This document shows positions 53,735 through 64,000 of a stretch of DNA of 64,000 bases, piece by piece. Source of the DNA: Eledone cirrhosa (Eukaryota); the NCBI GenBank assembly GCA_964016885.1, contig OZ024742.1, forward strand, positions 150,722,001 through 150,786,000, given 5' to 3'. A program made the translations under genes and the position numbers. The notes beneath the pieces were generated by a model that saw only the letters and a list, made by a program, of their open reading frames with translations, made no database searches and was not told where the DNA came from. Positions within the stretch are counted from its first letter, which is position 1; every line of letters starts with the position of its first letter.

Positions 53735-54759
53735 CATACTTATATATATATGTATGACGATTTGACGAGCTCCACCCTAGTCGTTAAGCGATCTTGTTGA
53801 TCGACTGTCGATATATATATATATATATATAGTAATAATAATTGTTTCTACTTTAGGCACAAGGCCAGCAAATACCCAGTGCATTACTGGTACTTTATTT
53901 TATCGACCCCGTAAGGATGAAAGGCAAAGTAAACCTCGGCGGGATTTGAACTCAGGCCGTAAAGGGACGTAACTCTGCTGGAAAGCATGGCGTCCGACTC
54001 TCTACCGATACTGCCAATCCACCACCATATATAGTAATAATTGTTTCTACTTTAGGTACAAGGCCAGCAATTACCCAGTGTATTACTGGTACTTTATTTT
54101 ATCGACCCTGTAAGGATGAAAGGCAAAGTCAACCTCGGCGGGATTTGAACTCAGATCGTAAAGGGACGTAACTATGCTGGAAAGCATGGCGTCCGACTCT
54201 CTACCGATACTGTCAAAATAAATTTGAAGACTAAAATCCAAAGAGGGCTCCACATATGACGTATTATCTTCGTTTTTTTCCGTTCATTGCCAGAGAACGT
54301 CTCTATGAACCACCTAATAGAATATTAGTCTACGACTTCTTTTATACCATAAACGTGGTTTTGTCTTTGCGTGTAATTGTTTTTCACCGCTCCAAATAAT
54401 GACGTATTATATTCGCTTTTTCCCGTTCTTTGCCAGGGAACGTTTCCACGAACCAAAGTATCGTCTTCCTGTCTTCCTTCGGTTGCAACGTTTTTTGAAA
54501 TATTCACTTCTGCGTTCACAGATTGACTTTGTTAGTTTCAGAAGATCCCGTTAAGGGTGAAAGCAGCGATTCTTTGCTTAAACTTTAATCTGTTATTTTA
54601 ATAAATATATATATATATACATCAAAGGTATATATTGAGTTAGGAACTCAAAATAGACTCTTACAATAAAATAGCTCTAAGAAAGAGATATTTCCGAGCC
54701 GTATATTATAATTGAATATAAAAGAAAAACGCACACAGATATATACATATATGTGTTCA

Positions 54760-54839
54760 AATCGCCCACTGATGAGCAAGAATTGGTAATTCTATTCACA
54801 ATTAATATTGCGAAACAACACCAAGCTGTCTGGGTGATT
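54760..54839 (+). ncRNA. Near-canonical type I hammerhead ribozyme inside a TA-flanked element with about 60-bp inverted ends (54705-54764 / 54956-55015)
   Basis: AATCGCCCA-CTGATGA-GCAA..TTGC-GAAAC-AACACCAAGCT-GTC-TGGGTGATT: 9-bp helix I, intact core and GUC triplet at 54828-54830. Confidence 0.8.
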
Positions 54840-55011
54840 GGTAGTTACCACAATTCCGGTTTGTATTTATTTTCTTGATTTTTTCTTAAATTAAGAAAGG
54901 CAAACCCTATTGTCTATAGCTAGTATTCTTTTCACTTAGCGAATCTGGTCTCTTACGATTTGAACACATATATCTATATATCTGTGTTCGTTTTTCTTTT
55001 ATATTCAATTA

Positions 55012-55080
<69 letters not shown>

Positions 55081-56444
55081 GTACATATATGAAAGACAAG
55101 ACTATGTGTATATTTATGTATTATATCATATCATATTCTATTATATTATGAGCATCGGACACCATTTCTTTGTAGCATAGAGCTACAGCCCTTTACGGTC
55201 TGAGTTCAAATCCCACCGAGGTTAACTTTGTCTTTCATCTTTATGGGGTCGATAAAATAAAGCACCAGTAACATACAGGGGTCGATTTAATCGACTTTCT
55301 CCTCACCCAAAATTGCTGGCCTTGTGCCTATACTAGAAATGATTATATTAAGGAAACGACTGAATTCAAGTTCAATATTTTAAATCTTTTCTCATATTTC
55401 CTTTTATGCTTAGTTTGGGAGAATGAAGTCATAATAGTGACGTGTTTTACCCAATATCTTTACTTCATGTATAGTGCAGTTTTGTAATAGGCAAGAAGGG
55501 GTAATAGGAATTAACTGATAAAATCGTCATCATAGGATCTAAAAATTTTTAACGGCTCACTCCTGGGCTAAAGCATTTTATAATCCAAAACTAAACATAA
55601 AGGAAATAGAAAAAAATATTTCTTAAAAATGATTCAACTCGAACACAATCACAATGGTGTATCAGAGATTTATATTCCTTTAGTTTTGGCGACATATTAT
55701 TTGATCCCCATTTTTTCAATTTGATTTACACGTTGACTATTTAGGAAGCAGGAATGGCTGAATGCGTAAGAAGTTCGCTTCGCATCCATTACGCCCTGGT
55801 TTCGATCCCACACAGTGGAAACTTGGGCAAGCGTCCTTACCGTAGCCTTGGTGCGATCCCAGACGTGAGAGTGGAATTAGGTAGACGGAAACTGTGTGGA
55901 AGCCCCTCAGATGAATTGTACCTGTAATTCAAAGATTCAACGTTGTCACATATTGTATCACGCTGATTCTGCTTACGAATTACGTTAAAGGTACACGTGT
56001 CTACGGAATTCACGAGCTGAACGTTCAGTTAGACGGAGGATCCATCAACCTTTAACTAAGTCAATTATTCCTAGAGTTCGTTTGTAATATATATGTAACG
56101 TACTGAAAAATATAAGCATATTATAGGAAGTGTAAATAGTAGATATATATTTAACTAAATAAATGTAAAACCTCAATCTGCTTAATTTTTTTATAATTCT
56201 ATATTTACTATATTTAATATTTGCTGACCAATTGCAGTTTTTTTTTTCTTATACTAATTGATCACAACATAGTCTGCATCTCTTAATGAAATTCCCCCAC
56301 TTGTTTCCGCTCTTCTTTTCAGGCCAGGAAGTTATGGGAATATAAAAAATATTTATAAATATAAAATATATTTAGAAATATTTAATACGTCTTTCATGCA
56401 CTAAACAAACATTTCATTTGAGAATGTGAAATTAGTTAACACTT

Positions 56445-57022
56445 TCTGGCTCTAGTTAATGATTTAGAAAGGTGTGAGTTACACTAGATTATCTATTAGA
56501 GTTTGATAGTGTCTTATTCATTGTGAAGAGTAGACACGAAAATAAGCCACGAATTCAATTGTTCAACCAAATAGAGTTTCATTTATCTCACTTCTTCAAC
56601 AAAGCAAAAATTATCACGAAGACTGACCTTCCTCTTTAGTTTAGGAAATATTTCAACTTCTAACAGTTACTAAACGCATTCAAAGTTTATATGAGGTCCT
56701 ACTATATATACAAACATGATATTCTAAATTGCAACCAAATATAGACCACCTGGCCTATTTACACTCCCTTGGCAGTGGAGACTTCTGGTGTCCTTGGTCC
56801 TAGGAGATGACAGTGGGAGTTCGGCTCTTCTGTGTTCGGACACATTGCACCTGTCATGTAGATCATTCAAAATATACGATGATTATCATTATTCGGTTGT
56901 AGGATTTTCAATGGAGCAGGGTTTTCAACGTGAGACCATATTCCAGATGAAATATAAATTACTCTCGACCATGAGGTTTGTCAACAACAACAACAACAAC
57001 TCCAGCTACTGATCCACATATT

Positions 57023-57119
<97 letters not shown>

Positions 57120-57612
57120 CCTCTTCCTCTTCTATCATTACTACTGTGGCCTTTGCCGCTATGAGCTGATTGATGTCATGTCTCTTCTTAGATATTCAAA
57201 ACTCACTCTTCTCTTTTCCTGTCATCATCTATATTTTGTTGTCACTCCTCCACGGGCTCCGATTAACGGCTACAACCAGTTTTTTTCTTCAGAACACCAA
57301 TCCTCTGGGATTCCCTCCTTGCTCATATTTTTTCTTGCAGTTGTTCAACAGTGTCAACCACGTCCACCTCACTGATCTTGGAAATCCTGCGAAGGCCATA
57401 GGCACAGACATGTTTTCTAGACAAAACCAATAAAATAATACACACTCGTATACATAAATGCATACATATTTTCACTTATTACATTTACACACACATGCGA
57501 TTTCTGGCTCTAGCTAATGATTTAGAAAGGCATGAGTTACGCTAAATTATCTACTAGAGTTGGATCATTGTCAAGAAAATATGTTGAAGAGTAGACACGA
57601 GAACAGGCCACG
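56445..57612. repeat. About 110-bp dispersed direct repeat (56445-56552 and 57502-57612)
   Basis: TTTCTGGCTCTAG(T/C)TAATGATTTAGAAAGG..GAAGAGTAGACACGA..GCCACGAA occurs twice. Confidence 0.7.
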
Positions 57613-60442
57613 AAAATAATCATCTTCCAAATACGTAGAGTGTGGGCTAGCAGTGCAAAAACCACCTTGCCATAAACTACAGCAGTAATCTACATCGAAC
57701 TGCCACACAGACGAACAACATTTGCCTCTTCTACTATCAACAGAATAGTATCTTATAAGCTGCTAAGCTGTCGACAACGAAATATGAGGTGCTTGTCTGT
57801 AATTACGAGGGTCTCTCCCTCGCACCTCTTAATTGACGGGAATAGGAGTCTTTTGCGAGTGAGTTGGAGGTCAGATACGTTGAACCTCGAAGAAAAAAGA
57901 AATAGGAAAAGATACAATTTTTCACCGAACGGCAACGGGTACTTCTCTATAAATTTACCGAAAATTCCCTTCTGTTAAATGTCTTTTAACAAGTAACGGT
58001 TCCAAATCTCTGCCATAGTAAAGCTGAAAGCGGACTTAAGTTTTAAGTTAAGCATTTTCAATGGAAGTTTCTGGGTGTTGATTGAAAGGTATGCACCATT
58101 TGAAAACCTTTGGAAGCGACATTGGCGCAATGTATGGGTATTTCAAATCGCCAATTACAAGAGTTCCCAGATCAAACACATATGCAACACTTAGAATTCC
58201 AGTTTCTTTTAAGAATTATTTAGTATTAAAGTTTTTAAAACCAAAATGTAAAACCGAAAACTTTTGAAATTACACCACTTCAAACTATAAGAATACTAGT
58301 TAAAAATCAAAATTTAGATTTGTTTTTAATGAATTGAATTTCTATTAAGAGAGAAGTATAATTTTGTATCATCTACATCCAATTTTAAATTATAAAAACG
58401 AATTATATTTTACAAGTCATTTTATATAACTTAGGGAAATTATTCGCCCAAGAAATCTTGCTGGATTCCAGATGTAACTGAAACTAGACTAGAGGAACAA
58501 TATCACTTTATATTTTCTAAATAGTTTTTGTACCATGTCAAAAGTTAATCTTCAATAGCCAAGAATTTAAGCCATTTTAATCACTTCTAGTGAGATACAC
58601 TGTCAAATGCATTTGTTACATCTAAATAAATAACATCCACATTACAACCATAACCAACTAAAGAAACCCATTCATTAAAGCATAATAAACGCTTTGATAC
58701 TGCTGAATTTGTACACATAAAGTCATGCTGAAATTTATCAAATTATTTTTACGCAAGTATTTATCTCGTATAAAAGATTTCATGAACAACAAACAAATAG
58801 GATGACAATATTAAACTGAATTTGGTGAGTTAAGGTGACTTCCAAAATCTTTCACATATCGTTAAATAATTGTTTCTACTTTAGGCACAAGGCCAGCAAT
58901 TACCCAGTACATTACTGGTACTTTATTTTATCGACCCCGTAAGGATGAAAGGCAAAGTTAACCTCGGCGGGATTTGAACTCAGACTGTAAAGGGACGTAA
59001 CTATGCTAAAAAGCATGGCATCCAACCCTCTACCGATACTGCCAAATAATGGTTCACCAATGTAATATGCAATATTGCTTTAAAGCCTGAAGAATATTAT
59101 CAATTCCAGTCGTAAATTTAAGAATGCAATTTTAGAGTATGTTCATACAAAGTATCGCTAGAAAAGAAAACATCATCTATTGTTGTATTTGCACCATTAA
59201 CACATTGAAAAAATACAAAAAAAAACAAAACAAATAAACGTCATTATCAGAAGAAAAAAAAGCAGACAAGAAAATCACTAAACATTCCAAAGATCCACTA
59301 AAGTTACATTATTAGAAGCCAAGCAAGGTAATTTTAATTTACAAGTTAAATGTGATCTAATGTGCTTCCACAAATGGCTTACAAAATTAGACTCCATAAT
59401 TTGTTTTTCGATTACAAAAATATTCTTTCGTTTAAGGTTACACTATTTCGTCGCTCTTCTAGACTACTTATTTTTGTTTAGTTTATTGGAATTTCTTTTA
59501 AATATTTTGTATAATTTATAGTACTTTTTGAGCAATTTTAAAGTACTTGTAAACCATTTCAATTTTCTTAATCTAATACTACACAGTAAAAAAAAAAAAA
59601 AAAAAGATTTGATCTCATAATAAATAATTATTTTTAAAATGTATCCAAAAGAATTTGAATTAAAACAACAAAAATAATTTGTCCAATCAATTCTAAAAAA
59701 AAAAACCAAAACAAATACAATATTAAATTTTGAAGATATTATACTGAAATCTTTTAGTAAAATTAACGACCCAACAAAGCCATTTATACAAAAATAAGCG
59801 GAACGAACAAATAGAATTCAAACTGTAACTCTAGAAATGGGATTTTCTTCGTTTACAAAAACTAAATCTAAGATATTACTTTTGATATACATATGGTTTT
59901 AGAATAAGCTGTTCAAAACCGCCACTTAACATATGGATATACAATCTGAATTCTTCTTGAGAAGTTTGTTTATTTAGGAAATTTTCATTCCAGCCCGTCA
60001 TATAACTATCAATATTTGAAATGACTCAACAGAATTGCACTTCTTTTTAGCAAGTTTGGAATAGGTAGTATATATTTATACACTTTTGGTTTGATAACTT
60101 TTAAAACAAAAAGAAAATCTAGTTCAATAAATTCATAAATTTTACGCACATAAGGTTTAAAGTGTGAATTTACAAAACATGATGTATTAACTAAAAAACT
60201 TTTCCTTAAGATTCATATCGACAATGCAAGAAACATTTTTATAACACGCAAAATACGTTGCAGTGGACGATCACCAGGAAAAGTGTTAGAAATAGCAGCT
60301 TCGAAATGTTTAATTTATTACGACCATACACTTTAGTCATATCAAACAGGTTTTGATCAGTTTTAGAACCATCTTGTGCCTGCGACCAACCAGCAATCAC
60401 TATTTTTTTCTTATCCTGTTTTTCAATTAAGTCCTCAATTGT

Positions 60443-60489
60443 TTAGAAAGCATCAGCAAATGCTTCTTTGGTTACTGCAGCTATTGTTT
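60443..60489 (-). CDS. Terminal coding exon of an unidentified convergent gene
   Basis: Acceptor tctttaactcttgctacag| in phase 1 reads (E)TIAAVTKEAFADAF*. It is followed by about 2 kb of repeat-poor, U-rich, UTR-like sequence. Confidence 0.65.
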
Positions 60490-62311
60490 CTGTAGCAAGA
60501 GTTAAAGACATTACGTAAAATATTTCATGCCAACTAGATGGTGAAAAAGTTCCTTAATATGTTTTTTCTCATCAATTAATTTTTAAGGCAAGCAAGAATT
60601 TTCCTTTTTTCAAGACAGAAAACATTGATAAAAGCAAATGCTACGAGGGTGACAATGGATGAAACGATATTGATCATAGAGTTGTTTGATTCAAGGCTAA
60701 CCAGGAGTTAAACAACACGTACTGGGGCTACATATAAAAGAATAAAAAGATCAAATATATCTATACCAGGAATGTGATTGAGGATGATAACGATGATAAC
60801 GTAGAGAAGGGGAAATGGGAGAATTACTATGATAATGAGTTTCATTTACCCTAATACAACAACAACGACAATAACATATATTTCAATCTATTGTAATTGA
60901 TGACGTCTTAATAAAATTGCAAACGTTTTTGACATTTTCCCCAACATTTCCAGGTTTAATCATATGACAGTATGGTAAAAGACAAAGGCGGCGAATTTGC
61001 AGTCGTTAGAACGTCAGACAGAATGCTTTGTGGTATTCAATCTGGCTCTCTGCGTTCCGAGTTCAAATCCGGTTGAAGTCAGCTTTACCTTTCATCATTT
61101 CGAGATTGTTAAAAAAATGTGCCAGTCCAGTACCGGGATCGATATTTCCTCTATATCTCTTTCTCTCCTTCTTTGGAAGAAATAGACTGTGTTTAGACCA
61201 GGAGAGGGATCGGTTTCGTTAGGTTTTAAATGCCCAAGAAACACCAAATGTCACAATAGTGCCTCAAAGATTCCATCATGTATTATGGGTTCATACATAC
61301 ACGGTAAAAGACAGATAAATATCGGGCAGCCTTTCTTGTCCTTTATTATATTATCGCCAGGGATAAGAACATCAATGGTTGATAAAGTTTCTGACTTTAG
61401 AAAGGTATAAACATCACAAATAACAATTTCTTTCCCCTAAACATCTCGGTTTCCATAACCAAATAAGATACTATCCCACATAACTATAATCATATTGCTG
61501 GTATTTAGACCTATAATTACGTTGTTAATAAACTCGTTGTTAATACCCGTTGTTATGTAATTATGTTGATAATAACTGGAATTATAATCACGTTGTTAAC
61601 TGTATACTAGTCACGTATGTAACTATCCTCATGTGACTAATGTCCCGTAAATATAGTCATGTTGCTAATGTATCGTCGTGTCTCGGCTGCCTCGTAAATA
61701 TAATCATGTTGCTAATGTAACTATCGACTGGTGACTAATTCCCCATACTATTGTCGTGTGGCAGATGTCTCGTAAATATAATCACGTTAATAATTGTTTC
61801 TACATTTGGCACAAGGCCAGCAATTATCCCAGTGTATTACTGGTACTTTATTTTATCGACCCCGTCAGGATGAAAGGCAAAGTTAACCTCGGCGGAATTT
61901 GAACTCGGAATAGCAAGGGCCGTAACTCTTTGTGCAAAGCATGGCGTCCGACCCTCTACCGATACTGCCAATCCTCCGCTCTAATCACGTTAATAATGCA
62001 AATTACAACAACGTTTCTATATTTCGAAACTATTGTATTTCAAGCTCTCTTTTCTTCCATCCTCACTACCCGCACAAAATTTCACACAATGCAAGAAACA
62101 ATTATTTTGTTGGTTTATACCCTTGTTAAAAGTATGGGTATCCCAGTTTCCCTTTCCCCCATCACAATAAATTTCAAGATTCGTATAAAATAAGTACTGA
62201 TATAGTTTTAGTTAAACTATATACATAATAACGCCGACAGCAAACTGTCATTTGCTGGATTATTATTTTGTGAGTAATGAACATTGTCAAATATAAGAAA
62301 GAAAAGTCTAC

Positions 62312-62377
62312 CTCTGAAGTCCGGCCATATTGCCATGCAAGCTGGGATATATACTGCTGCCCACTTCAATACCAGAT
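62312..62377 (-). CDS. Penultimate coding exon of the same unidentified convergent gene
   Basis: Acceptor gtcttcatttactgtag|, 66 nt in phase 1/1 reading (D)LVLKWAAVYIPACMAIWPDFR, donor AG|gtagac. Joins in frame to 60443-60489. Confidence 0.65.
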
Positions 62378-62844
62378 CTACAGTAAATGAAGACAGTCAA
62401 CAGTTCGTCTTCTATAAGCTTGCAGGTAATGCTTTGCACTGGAGCTATGAATGACTGAACTCATTGAAAGTAGTGTGCCAGTATAGTGAAACCTAGAATT
62501 ACAATATATACTACAGGCTGAAGTATACATCCAGTGAAGCCTCCAGCTCACACTGTAAAGTGATCGTGATAGTGACACGACAAAAAGTGCCCACCCCACA
62601 CTATAAAGTGGTCGTGATGACGACACGGCAAAAAGCGCCCAGGCGTAAAGTAGTGGTGTAGGTGTCACGACAAAAAACACCCAGTACTTACTGTAAATGA
62701 GGTTGGTGCTAGGAAGAGCATCCAGGTGTAGAAACCGAGCTAAAATCAGTTCTGTATGAGCAAGATATAGTCACCTGACCTAGCGTTGCACATAACAGAA
62801 TAACTCGTCTAACCCATGCTAGCGTGGAAAAATGGACAGTAAAC

Positions 62845-62877
<33 letters not shown>

Positions 62878-63677
62878 ACATAAGGTGGATGAAGCAGGCC
62901 TAAATCTGTCACCTATTTTCAAATCTAACTTGCTGTAATTCCATTTCCCTTTCGTTATCATGAACAATAAATAACCTCATCTCTTCATTGCTAAAAATCC
63001 AAAGGTTTTTACGATTTCAAGGCAGAATAATAACTTAACAAGTCTGATATGGTTCTAAGAATACATAAATTTAGACAGTAACATGCATAATTATACATTC
63101 TTAACTGGTGAAAAGGATGCATCTTTATCAAAAAGATGCCATAATGTCTGTTATAAGATACGGACTACTGACTCCGCGGTTAGTTGCCTAACAGGCTACC
63201 CAAATTAAATACGTTTTACCCTTTGCATGGTACCGTAACGCCTGAGGGGGTCGTTGGGGTGGCATATTGACATACGGCATTTCTAGAGCATTTTAAACCT
63301 GCTGGAGCCCATTTTCTTTCCATGTTTGAGTACAGCAGATTTCTTCCAGAGAAGGATAGAGAATGAAAGAATGGAAGTTAGAAAGTGATATAGAGGAAGA
63401 ATTGGCCCCAATTTTTATTATCGAGCAAATGGATGAAAGGCAAAGTTGACCTCGACGGGATTTGAACTCAGGGTGTAGAGAGCCGAAACGAATACCGCAA
63501 AGCATTCTATCCGACGTTCTAACTACTTTGCCAATTTTCTCCTTTTTTACCCTTTAAGGAAGCGAAATAAAGGGGAAATGTGTACAATTATTATAAGCCA
63601 ATTAATAACAAGTCTACAAATTTTTTTTAATGTCTGCTTCAGAGCTCAAATATCGCTTTCTTCATGCTTTTTGGGAG

Positions 63678-64000
63678 CACTGAACTTTGAAAATAACAAA
63701 ATAATTGAGGGTTTAGGTCTAAAGTTTTAGATATTTGAGATTTTATGATTTACAAATAAACGATACTGACACAATAATGACACTCACTACCGAGTGATTG
63801 CACAGCGTTTCTTAGCCTGCCTATTATATTCAAATTCTAGTACCTCTCTTGTAACTGCCCAACTGTAATCTGCTAACATATTTGGGCTCCATTTACCCGG
63901 ATGTGGATTTTTTTATGGCTGCAATATCTTGGTGAAAACGTACTCCGTGTTTGTCGCTAACCGCAGCACAATTTGATAGGAAGAAATCCAAGAGTGAATA
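63678..64000 (-). mobile_element. Chapaev3-like (CMC) DNA transposon 3' remnant
   Basis: - strand reads SLLDFFLSNCAAVSDKHGVRFHQDIAA..GKWSPNMLADYSW, matching HSHLDFFPxNxGAVSDEHGERFHQD..MLADYCW. CACTG terminus at 63678. Confidence 0.75.

Noticed and set aside
57730-57980. GC-richer unique segment with short ORFs on both strands
   Set aside because: No recognisable motif or consistent splice signals. It could be regulatory, but the sequence alone does not support a call.
63897-64000. Candidate further exon of the - strand gene (ends CCGG|gtaaat, phase 1)
   Set aside because: The peptide continues through the apparent donor as a Chapaev-like transposase motif.

Overview
AT-rich, microsatellite-dense animal genomic DNA. 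The SINE content points to an octopod cephalopod (inference). The main host gene is on the + strand and was assembled by hand from five phase-compatible exons (15082-16285, 22195-22301, 29450-29575, 45082/45088-45448, 51309-51484; about 659 aa, signal-peptide exon not found). It encodes a TNF-receptor-superfamily type I membrane protein with about 2 cysteine-rich domains, a long mucin/proteoglycan-like stalk, one TM helix and an acidic tail with no death domain. The last two exons of an unidentified convergent - strand gene lie at 62312-62377 and 60443-60489. The rest is intronic or intergenic repeat: about 30 copies of one tRNA-derived SINE, a second SINE family, and remnants of mariner, Chapaev-like, hAT, RTE, Tx1, R4/Dong, CRE and Penelope-like (PLE) elements. 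The most striking unexplained structure is a recurring class of fold-back hairpins inserted in (TA)n microsatellites, with arms up to 287 bp, carrying about a dozen hammerhead-ribozyme-like motifs including core variants. Also notable are a twin-priming-type inverted RTE insertion with a 12-bp TSD, a 591-nt AG-free zone before the last TNFR exon, and a stand-alone tRNA-like gene with a GGA anticodon. All calls were made by eye with no database search.
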